DNA from: Vicinamibacteria bacterium
GTDB lineage: Bacteria > Acidobacteriota > Vicinamibacteria > Marinacidobacterales > Marinacidobacteraceae
Reading direction: 5' to 3'
Assembly: GCA_965199715.1 (NCBI GenBank)
Contig: OZ241322.1
Location: 1,280,001-1,344,000, forward strand
DNA length: 64,000 nucleotides
The translations under genes were made by a program, and so were the position numbers. Position 1 is the first letter of the stretch. The number at the start of each line of letters is the position of its first letter. Below the pieces are notes generated by a model that was given only the letters and a program-made list of their open reading frames with translations, searched no databases and was not told the DNA's origin. This document shows positions 27,909-35,956 of this stretch, piece by piece.

Positions 27909-28693
27909 AGAACCTTCGCCTCGACACGCGCGACGACGGGGTCGTCCGCCTGACGCTCGACCGGCCGGAAGCCCGCAACGCGCTGACCCCGGACATGGTG
28001 GCCGGGGTCCCCGAAGTTCTCCGGAGCCTCGAAGCGCTTCCACCAGCGGAGTGCCGGGCGCTCGTCCTCGGCGGCGCGGGACCCGTGTTTTGCGCCGGGG
28101 CCGACCTGAACGCGATGCGGGAATCGGGACAGGCGGACGAGGCGGCGAACCGGGAGGACGCCCGGCGCTTCGCCATCCTCTTCCGGTCGGTGGCGCGCTT
28201 TCCGGCGCCGGTGATCGCGGTGGTGCGGGGGGCGGCGCTCGGCGGCGGCCTCGGCCTCGCGGTCGCCGCGGACCACGTCGTCGCGAGCCCGGACGCCCGT
28301 TTCGGAACCCCGGAAGCGCACCTCGGCCTCGTCCCCGCGGTCATCTCGCCCTACGTCGTCCGCCGGCTCGGCCCGGGTCGCGCCGCGCCCTTCCTGCTCG
28401 GCGGCGAGGTCGTCCGGGGCGACGCGGCGATCCGCGCCGGCTTGGCCCACGAGTGTGCGGACGACCCGGAGGAGGCGGCGGAAGCGGTCGTCCGCCGCTA
28501 CCTCGAGAGCGCGCCGCTCGCGGCCCGGCGGACCAAGGCGCTGCTGCTGCGCGAGGCGCCGCTGCCGCCGGGGGACGTCGAGGAATTGACGATCCGCACC
28601 ATCGCCGCGGCGCGGGCCTCCGCCGAGGGACAGGCCGGGACCGCCGCGTTCTTCGAGCGGAAGCCGCCGCCGTGGTCGCCCCGGAGCCGGTGA
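27905..28693 (+). CDS. Enoyl-CoA hydratase (methylglutaconyl-CoA hydratase-like)
   Basis: LDRPEARNAL, FCAGADL, GAALGGGLGL, LGLVPAVISPYV and EGQAGTAAFFERK motifs. Confidence 0.93.
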   Translation: MKNLRLDTRDDGVVRLTLDRPEARNALTPDMVAGVPEVLRSLEALPPAECRALVLGGAGPVFCAGADLNAMRESGQADEAANREDARRFAILFRSVARFPAPVIAVVRGAALGGGLGLAVAADHVVASPDARFGTPEAHLGLVPAVISPYVVRRLGPGRAAPFLLGGEVVRGDAAIRAGLAHECADDPEEAAEAVVRRYLESAPLAARRTKALLLREAPLPPGDVEELTIRTIAAARASAEGQAGTAAFFERKPPPWSPRSR

Positions 28694-30432
28694 AGCTCGT
28701 CGTCGCCAACCGGGGAGAGATCGCCCGGCGGGTGCTCGCCGCCGGCCGCCGGCGCGGTTACGAGGTCGCCGTCGTCTCGACCCCGGCCGACGTCGGCGCG
28801 CCGGTGCGCCGCGAGGCGGACCGGGTGCTGGAAACGCCGGACTTCCTCGACGCCGCGGCGGTCGTCGAGGCGGCGCGAACCTGGGGCGCGGACCTCCTGC
28901 ATCCGGGTTACGGCTTCCTCTCCGAGAACGCCGATTTCGCGGCGCGGGTGGAGGCGGCGGGGATCGCGTTCGTGGGTCCGGACCCGGAATCCATGCGCCT
29001 GCTCGGAAACAAGGAAGCCGCCCGGAAGCTCGCGGTCGAGGTCGGCGTGCCGGTGCTGTCGGACGAGTTGCGGTTTCCGGTGGCGGTGAAGGCGGCGGCC
29101 GGCGGCGGGGGCATCGGCATCCGGGTCGTCCGCCGGCGGGAGGATCTCGAGGGCGCGCTCGAGGCGGCGGCGGCCCAGGCCCGGGCGGCCTTCGGGGACG
29201 GCGCCGTCTTCGTGGAGCGCTGGCTGGAGCGGCCCCGGCACGTCGAGATCCAGGTCTTCGGCGACGGCCGGGGCGGGGGCGCGCACTTCGGCGAGCGCGA
29301 ATGCTCGGTCCAGCGGCGACGGCAGAAGCTGCTGGAATGGGCGCCCGCCGCGATCGGCGCGGACTTGCGGTCGAGGATGGCGGCGGACGCGCTGAAGCTG
29401 GTCTCGGCCGCGCGCTACCGGGGCGCCGGCACCGTGGAGTTCCTCGTCGAGGGCGAGGAGCACTGGTTTCTCGAGGTGAACGCGCGGCTCCAAGTCGAGC
29501 ACCCGGTCACCGAGGCGATCGCCAAGGTCGATCTGGTGGACCTCCAGCTCGAACTCGCCGAGGGCGGCCGGCCGGCCCCGCAGTCGATGACGGAACCGCA
29601 AGGCGCCGCGATCGAGGCGCGGGTCCTCGCCGAATCTCCCGACGCGGGCTTCGCGCCCAGCCCGAAGCCGGTGCGGCGCTGGCGTCCGCCGGCGGGGGTC
29701 CGCTGCGACTCGGGGATCGAGGACGGCGCCCCGGTTCCTGCGGGGTTCGACTCGCTGCTCGCCAAGGTCATCGCGACCGGCGCGAGCTTCGAGGAGGCGC
29801 GCCGCGCGCTGGTCCGGGCGCTCGGCGACACGGTCCTCCACGGCCCGGAGACGAACCTCGGGTTCCTGCGGCGCGCGCTCGCGCACCCCGACTTCCGCGA
29901 GGGGCGGACACACACCGGCTGGGTGGAGGAGCGGCTCGACGAACTGACCGCGACCGAGCCGTCCCGGTTCCCGGACCGGGCCGCCGAGACGCTCCGGGAC
30001 GCGGCTTCGGGCCGCCGGCCGGACCCGGCGGCGGGGATCTTCCGCTCGCCCGGCGCGCCGGAGAACCGCCCCGGCGAGCGTCCGGGCGAGGTCCGCATCG
30101 GGGACGAACCGGCCGTCGTGACCGAGCTCCCGGACGGCGTGGCGGTCACCCGCGCCGGCGCGACCGAGGTGCTCCGGGAGTCCGGACCGGCGGCCGCCGG
30201 GCGCGCGGGCGGCGCGCGCGACGTGGAGGCCCCGCTGTCCGGGACGTTGCTCCGGGTGCGCGACGAGCCCGGCGTCGCGGTTCAGGAAGGCGAGGTCGTG
30301 GCGGTCGTCGAGTCCATGAAGATGCACTGGGAAGTGCGCGCGCCCGGGGCCGGCGTCCTCGAGGCGCCCGAGGCCCGCGCCGGCGATCAGGTGAGCGCCG
30401 GGACCGTGCTGGTCCGGCTCCGTCCCGCCTAG
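28690..30432 (+). CDS. Biotin carboxylase/biotin carrier subunit of an acyl-CoA carboxylase
   Basis: VANRGEIA, HPGYGFLSEN, KAAAGGGGIG, ERECSVQRR, FLEVNARLQVEHPVTE and the biotinyl motif ESMKM. Confidence 0.94.
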   Translation: MKLVVANRGEIARRVLAAGRRRGYEVAVVSTPADVGAPVRREADRVLETPDFLDAAAVVEAARTWGADLLHPGYGFLSENADFAARVEAAGIAFVGPDPESMRLLGNKEAARKLAVEVGVPVLSDELRFPVAVKAAAGGGGIGIRVVRRREDLEGALEAAAAQARAAFGDGAVFVERWLERPRHVEIQVFGDGRGGGAHFGERECSVQRRRQKLLEWAPAAIGADLRSRMAADALKLVSAARYRGAGTVEFLVEGEEHWFLEVNARLQVEHPVTEAIAKVDLVDLQLELAEGGRPAPQSMTEPQGAAIEARVLAESPDAGFAPSPKPVRRWRPPAGVRCDSGIEDGAPVPAGFDSLLAKVIATGASFEEARRALVRALGDTVLHGPETNLGFLRRALAHPDFREGRTHTGWVEERLDELTATEPSRFPDRAAETLRDAASGRRPDPAAGIFRSPGAPENRPGERPGEVRIGDEPAVVTELPDGVAVTRAGATEVLRESGPAAAGRAGGARDVEAPLSGTLLRVRDEPGVAVQEGEVVAVVESMKMHWEVRAPGAGVLEAPEARAGDQVSAGTVLVRLRPA

Positions 30433-31223
30433 TCGCGGCTCGCGACGAGGATCGCGCCGTTCATGGTGCGGATCCGGCAGGTTCCGCCCTCGCCCTCGCC
30501 GATCCGCACCTTCTTGACCCGCCGCGTCGGCGTCTCGAGATTCTCGGCGTCGGGGATGTCCAACCGGACGCTGCCGTTCATCGCCGCCGCGTCCACCTCG
30601 CCCCGGGCGTCCCGCCCGAGGGTGACCTCCACCGCCCCGTTCACGGTGCGGAACGTGTGCGACGCGCCCTCGCGAAAGTCCTCGAGTTCGCACTCGATGG
30701 GGCCGTTCACGGTCTTGGCGGTGACCTCGCCGCTCTGGTTCGCCATCAGGATCCGCCCGTTCACGGTCTGGGCCTCGACCCGGCCGTGGAACCCGGCGAC
30801 CTCCACCGGGCCGTTCACGGTCTCGACCCGCACTTCGGCCGAAGCTGGGAGCCGCACCTTGTAGTCCACCTTGCCCCGGCGCCGGCTCCAGCCGTCGCCG
30901 AACACGCGCTTGGCGTGGCGAGTGCGGACCCGCACGCCGTCGGCGGTCTGGCGCACCTCGACCGTCATGTCGCGCAGCGCCGCGGGGTTCGTCCCCACCT
31001 TGCGGGCGGTGATCTCGGCCCCGTCCTCGTCCCAACTGTCGATGCGAACCGTGCCGTTGATGTTGCGGAGGTCGAACACTTCGCCGTCCTCGAACGCCTC
31101 CTGGAAGACCCGGGTCTCCTCCGAGCCCGGATCGCCGGTGAAGGACGCGGAACACGCGGGAGCGGCGAGAAACGCGGCGGCGACCGCGGGGAGGACTCGG
31201 GGAGCGCTTCGGACGGGTCGCAT
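30429..31223 (-). CDS. DUF4097 (adhesin-like beta-strand repeat) exported protein
   Basis: Repeated TVNG/MNG units (ETVNGPV, QTVNGRI, KTVNGPI, RTVNGAV, RTMNGAI) and a signal-like N-terminus. Confidence 0.85.
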   Translation of the reverse strand: MRPVRSAPRVLPAVAAAFLAAPACSASFTGDPGSEETRVFQEAFEDGEVFDLRNINGTVRIDSWDEDGAEITARKVGTNPAALRDMTVEVRQTADGVRVRTRHAKRVFGDGWSRRRGKVDYKVRLPASAEVRVETVNGPVEVAGFHGRVEAQTVNGRILMANQSGEVTAKTVNGPIECELEDFREGASHTFRTVNGAVEVTLGRDARGEVDAAAMNGSVRLDIPDAENLETPTRRVKKVRIGEGEGGTCRIRTMNGAILVASRD

Positions 31224-31283
31224 GAAGGTCGGGTACGAACGGACGGGGCGAATGTTCCGCGCCCCTTGCGTATTCTTGCCCCC

Positions 31284-32453
31284 ATGCCCCTTCGCTTCTT
31301 CGTTCTCGGCCTCCCGGCCCTCGCGCTTTCGGTCGCCGCGCTCGCGCAGGAGCCGGCGGACCGTCCCCGCGCCCGCGACGTCGGCCTCTCCCCGGGGGTG
31401 CTCCCGACCGGGCCGCTGAACGCGATCACCGACGTGCCCGACGTCCGGGTCGGCCAGGTCACGCTGGTCGCGGGCGACGACGTGCGCACCGGCGTGACCG
31501 CGATCCTGCCGCACGGGGGCAACCTCTTCGAGGAGAAGGTGCCCGGCGCGATCCACGTGGGGAACGCCTTCGGCAAGCTGGTCGGCGCGACGCAGGTGAT
31601 CGAGCTGGGAACGATCGAGACCCCGGTCGTGCTCACGAACACGCTGTCGGTCTGGGACGCGGCGCGGGCGGTCGCGTCCTACACGCTCGGCATCGCCGGC
31701 AACGAGGACGTGCGCTCGGTGAATCCGGTCGTCGGCGAGACCAACGACGGCTTCCTGAACGACATCCGCGGCTTCCGCGTGGAGGAGGCGCACGTGCTGG
31801 AGGCGATCCGGAGCGCCGGCTCGGGACCGGTGGAGGAAGGATCGGTGGGCGCCGGAACCGGAACCTCGGCGTTCGGGTGGAAGGGCGGAATCGGCACCTC
31901 GTCGCGCCGGGTTCCGGAGAGCCTCGGCGGCTGGACGGTGGGGGCGCTGGTCCAGAGCAACTACGGCGGCGTGCTCACCATGGACGGGCTCCCGGTGGGC
32001 GAGGAGCTCGGGCGGCACTACCTCCGGGGCGCCCTCGACGAGGAGGAGAACCCGGACGGGTCGATCATGATGGTGGTCGCGACCGACGCCCCGATCCGGT
32101 CGCTCGGCCTGACCCGCCTCGCCCGCCGGGCGATGCTCGGGCTCGCCCGCACCGGGGCCACGTCCTCGCACGGAAGCGGCGACTTCGTGATCGCGTTCTC
32201 GACCGCGCCCGAACTGCGCAGCGGCTACCGGTCCGACGACCGGCTGGAGCGGGGCCGGACGCTGCGGGGCGACGCGCTCAGCCCGCTCTTCCAGGCCGCG
32301 ATCGAGGCCACCGAGGAAGCGGTGTACAACTCGATGCTCCGGGCGGCGACGGTGACCGGGCGCGACGGGAACACGCGGGAGGCGATCTCGATTTCCGACC
32401 TGCTCGCCGTGGGCCGCAAGTACAACCGCCTCCACCCGCCCGAGGACGACTGA
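31284..32453 (+). CDS. DmpA/P1 (peptidase S58) family aminopeptidase with signal peptide
   Basis: RPRARD, GPLNAITDV, VVGETND, VGAGTG, GWKGGIGTSSR, the autoproteolysis site DG-SI and HGSGD. Confidence 0.93.
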   Translation: MPLRFFVLGLPALALSVAALAQEPADRPRARDVGLSPGVLPTGPLNAITDVPDVRVGQVTLVAGDDVRTGVTAILPHGGNLFEEKVPGAIHVGNAFGKLVGATQVIELGTIETPVVLTNTLSVWDAARAVASYTLGIAGNEDVRSVNPVVGETNDGFLNDIRGFRVEEAHVLEAIRSAGSGPVEEGSVGAGTGTSAFGWKGGIGTSSRRVPESLGGWTVGALVQSNYGGVLTMDGLPVGEELGRHYLRGALDEEENPDGSIMMVVATDAPIRSLGLTRLARRAMLGLARTGATSSHGSGDFVIAFSTAPELRSGYRSDDRLERGRTLRGDALSPLFQAAIEATEEAVYNSMLRAATVTGRDGNTREAISISDLLAVGRKYNRLHPPEDD

Positions 32454-33814
32454 TGCCCTACCGGACGCTGGATCCCGCGACCGGGGAGCTCCTCGAGGAG
32501 TTCCCGACCGCTTCCGCCGACGACGTGGAGCGTGCGCTCGACCGGGCGGACGCCGCCTTCCGGGAGTGGTCGCGCCGCCCGTTCGCCGAACGCCGGGCGG
32601 TGAACGAGCGCCTCGCCGCGCTGCTCGAGGAGCGCGCCCCCGTGCTCGCCCGGCTGATGGCGCTCGAGATGGGGAAGCCGGTCGCCGAGGGCGCGGCGGA
32701 GGCGAAGAAGTGCGCCTGGGTCGCCCGGCACTACGCCGAGGTCGCCGAGGAGACGCTCCGGCCGCGCCCGCTGGCCTCGGACGGATCGAGGGCCTTCACC
32801 CGGCCCGAACCGGCGGGGCCGATCCTCGCGATCATGCCGTGGAACTTTCCGTTCTGGCAAGTCATCCGGGTCTCGGCGCCCAACTTCATGGTCGGGAACC
32901 CGATGCTGCTCAAGCACGCTCCCTCGACGCCCCGGTGCGCGCTCATGATCGAGCGCCTCTATCGGGAGGCCGGGGCCCCGGACGGGCTGCTCCAGAACCT
33001 GTTCCTGACGAACGGGCAGGCGGCCGACGTGATCCGGGACGACCGGGTGCGCGGGGTCACGCTCACCGGGAGCTCGCAGGCCGGAAGCGCGGTGGCCCGG
33101 GTCGCGGGGAGCGCGCTCAAGCCGATGGTGGCCGAGCTCGGGGGCAGCGATCCCTTCGTGGCGCTCGCCGACTGCGACCTCGACGAGGCCGTCGAGGCGG
33201 CGGCGACGGCTCGGCTCATCAACTCGGGCCAGAGCTGCATCGCCGCCAAGCGGTTTCTGGTGGACCGGCGGATTCGCGATCCCTTCGTGCAGGCGTTCGC
33301 CGAGCGCCTCGCCGCCGCCCGCGTCGGACATCCCACCGAAGTCGGCGTGGACGTGGGGCCGCTCGCGCGGGAGGACCTTCGCGACACGTTCGAATCGCAG
33401 GTCGAGGGATCGGTCCGCGCGGGCGCGGAGCTCGTGATGCGCGGCGACGCGCCGGACGGGGGCTTCTTCGCGGCGGCCGGACTCCTGCTCGCTCCTCCGC
33501 CGGACGCCCCGGCGTGGTCCGAGGAGCTGTTCGGACCGGTGGCGACCGTGCTCCCGTTCGAGGACGAAGCCGAGGCGATCCGGATCGCGAACGGCACCCG
33601 CTACGGGCTGGGAGCCTCGGTGTGGACCTCCGATCCGGGGCGGGCCGAACGCTTCGCCGGGGAGATCGAATCGGGCGCGGTCTTCGTGAACGGAATCACG
33701 AAGTCGGACCCGCGGATGCCGTTCGGCGGCTTCAAGGACAGCGGCTTCGGGCGCGAGCTCGGGGAGGACGGCCTCCTGTCGTTCACGAACCGGAAGACGG
33801 TGTGGATTCGCTGA
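32453..33814 (+). CDS. NAD(P)-dependent succinate-semialdehyde dehydrogenase (Sad-like ALDH)
   Basis: IMPWNFPFWQ, LKHA, TLTGS, ELGGSDP, NSGQSCIAAKRF, EELFGP and PFGGFKDSGFGRE motifs. Confidence 0.92.
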   Translation: MPYRTLDPATGELLEEFPTASADDVERALDRADAAFREWSRRPFAERRAVNERLAALLEERAPVLARLMALEMGKPVAEGAAEAKKCAWVARHYAEVAEETLRPRPLASDGSRAFTRPEPAGPILAIMPWNFPFWQVIRVSAPNFMVGNPMLLKHAPSTPRCALMIERLYREAGAPDGLLQNLFLTNGQAADVIRDDRVRGVTLTGSSQAGSAVARVAGSALKPMVAELGGSDPFVALADCDLDEAVEAAATARLINSGQSCIAAKRFLVDRRIRDPFVQAFAERLAAARVGHPTEVGVDVGPLAREDLRDTFESQVEGSVRAGAELVMRGDAPDGGFFAAAGLLLAPPPDAPAWSEELFGPVATVLPFEDEAEAIRIANGTRYGLGASVWTSDPGRAERFAGEIESGAVFVNGITKSDPRMPFGGFKDSGFGRELGEDGLLSFTNRKTVWIR

Positions 33815-34475
33815 CCGGCCACGCCTCCAGCCGCCACGCCATGTCCCAGAACATCCATTCGTAGCGCGACGTCAGATTGAAGTGCCGGGCCATGCGCGCC
33901 CGGTCGGCCTCGCCGAGTTCTTCGGCGGTGTCGTCGGCGACCTCCAGGATCCGCCGGACCACCGCGTCGAATTCCTCGCTCCCGTAGCTCTCGATCCAGC
34001 GGCGGTAGAGCGGATCCGGCGACGGCGGGCGGCGCAGGAGCTCCTTTCCGACCTCGGCGTAGATCCAGTAGCACGGCAGCACCGCCGCGAGGCCCTCGTG
34101 GAAGGGCCGGGCGTGCGCCTGCGCGAGGAGGTAACTCGTGTAGGCGAGGTTCGTGGGGGCGGGAATCCGGTCGAGGAGAGCTTCCCGGTCGCCGCCCAGT
34201 TCCTCGAGGAACCGCCCGAGCTCCTTGCGTTCGGCCTCGACGGCGGAGGCCGCGTCGCCGCACAGGATCGCGGTCAGGTCAGGGTGGGGGGTCTTGCCGC
34301 CGACGATCGCGAGCGCCCGCGCGTAGTCGCGCAGGTAGAGCGCGTCCTCGATCACGTAATGCCGGAACCGCTCCCGGTCGAGCGAACCCGCGGCGAGGCC
34401 GTTCAGGAACGGGTGCCGGAGGATCTCGGCCCAGACCGGCGCGATCCCGGCCCACAGACGGGACGTGAATCTCAC
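33783..34475 (-). CDS. tenA: Thiaminase II / aminopyrimidine aminohydrolase
   Basis: HPFLNGLAAGSL, YVIEDALYL, LPCYWIY (catalytic Cys), YRRWIESY and YEWMFWD motifs. Confidence 0.92.
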   Translation of the reverse strand: MRFTSRLWAGIAPVWAEILRHPFLNGLAAGSLDRERFRHYVIEDALYLRDYARALAIVGGKTPHPDLTAILCGDAASAVEAERKELGRFLEELGGDREALLDRIPAPTNLAYTSYLLAQAHARPFHEGLAAVLPCYWIYAEVGKELLRRPPSPDPLYRRWIESYGSEEFDAVVRRILEVADDTAEELGEADRARMARHFNLTSRYEWMFWDMAWRLEAWPVSESTPSSGS

Positions 34476-34479
34476 GCGG

Positions 34480-35934
34480 TCAGCCTCCGAAGACGACGGG
34501 AACCCAGAACACGGTGAACAGGCTCGCGAGCGTAGCCCCGATCAGGTTGGCGCCGATCCCGGCGCGGGTGAGTTGCGGGATCGTGAAATGGCCCGCGCCG
34601 AACACGATGGCGTTCGGCGGCGTGGCCGCCGGCAGCATGAAGGCGCAGGACGCGGCCACCGTCGCCGGAATCAGCAGCAGTAGCGGCGGAAGTCCGGCGC
34701 TCGCGGCCACCGCCGCGAGGATGGGCAGGATCATCGCGGTGGAGGCGAGGTTGGAGGCGAGCTCGGTCAGGACGATGACGAAGAGCACCACGAGGACGAC
34801 GAAGACCGGCGTCGGCAGGGACGCGGCGAGGGCGAGGCGGTCGCCGAGCACCCGGGAGAGCCCGCTCACCTCCAGCCCGTTCGCGAGCGCGAATCCGCCG
34901 CCGAAGAGCAGCAGCACGTCCCACGGAATCCGCGCGCCCCACTTCCAGGTCAGGATCGGCGTCCGTTCGCCCGGCGCGCCCGAGGGGATCACGAACGCGA
35001 GGATCGTGGCGGCCATGGCGACGGCCGAATCGGTGACGAGCTCTCCGTTGGCGAAGAGCGAAGTCCAGACCGGGCGGAACACCCACGCGAGCGCGGTCAG
35101 GCCGAACAGGAACGCGACCCGCCGCTCGGGCGCGGAAATCGGACCGAGCCGCCCGTACTCCGAGCGGATGAGCGCCGAACCTCCCGGAACCGGGACGCGG
35201 CTGACCGGAAACGCGAACCGGGTCAGCCACAGCCACACCGCCGGGATGAACAGCAAGGCCAGGGGGAGCGCGAAGAGCAGCCAGCGCAGGAACGAGATCC
35301 GGATCCCGAAGTTGGCGTCGAGGAATCCGACGAGGAAGACGTTCGGCGGCGTCCCGATGAGCGTGGCGAACCCGCCGATCGAGGCGGCGTAGGCGGTTCC
35401 GATCATGAGGCACACGGCGAACGGGAACCGGCCCGGCTCGGCGGCCGACCTCTCCTCGCCCATGACCCCGGCCATCTCTCGGATGACCGCGACGCCGATG
35501 GGCATCATCATGGCCGCGGTGGCGGTGTTGGACACCCACATCGAGAGCGCGGCGGCGGCGATCATGAAGCCGAGCACGATGCGCGAGGGGGAGCTGCCGA
35601 TCAGCATCACGACCCGCAGCGCGATCCGGCGATGCAGGTTCCAGCGCTGCATCGCCTGCGCCAGCATGAAGCCGCCGAGGAACAGATAGACCAGCTCGTT
35701 GGCGTAGGGCGCCGCCGCCTCCATCCCCGAAGCGATGCCGAGCGCCGGGAGCAGGACGATGGGCAGCAGCGCGGTCACGCCGAGCGGCGCGGCCTCGGCG
35801 ACCCACCACGTCGCCATGATCGCGGCAACCCCGAGCATGCGCCGGGCTTCGTCCGGAAACCCCGGAATCGGGATCAGGACGATCCCGAAGAAAAGCCCGA
35901 ATCCGAGAAAGAGTCCGATGCGGGTCCGCGTCAA
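34480..35934 (-). CDS. SLC13/DASS-family anion (di/tricarboxylate or sulfate):sodium symporter
   Basis: SMWVSNTAT, TLIGTPPN, LLLFGGG, TELASN and AFMLPAATPPNAIVF motifs. Confidence 0.94.
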   Translation of the reverse strand: MTRTRIGLFLGFGLFFGIVLIPIPGFPDEARRMLGVAAIMATWWVAEAAPLGVTALLPIVLLPALGIASGMEAAAPYANELVYLFLGGFMLAQAMQRWNLHRRIALRVVMLIGSSPSRIVLGFMIAAAALSMWVSNTATAAMMMPIGVAVIREMAGVMGEERSAAEPGRFPFAVCLMIGTAYAASIGGFATLIGTPPNVFLVGFLDANFGIRISFLRWLLFALPLALLFIPAVWLWLTRFAFPVSRVPVPGGSALIRSEYGRLGPISAPERRVAFLFGLTALAWVFRPVWTSLFANGELVTDSAVAMAATILAFVIPSGAPGERTPILTWKWGARIPWDVLLLFGGGFALANGLEVSGLSRVLGDRLALAASLPTPVFVVLVVLFVIVLTELASNLASTAMILPILAAVAASAGLPPLLLLIPATVAASCAFMLPAATPPNAIVFGAGHFTIPQLTRAGIGANLIGATLASLFTVFWVPVVFGG

Positions 35935-35956
35935 GGCGCGGGGGAGTATGCGTTAA

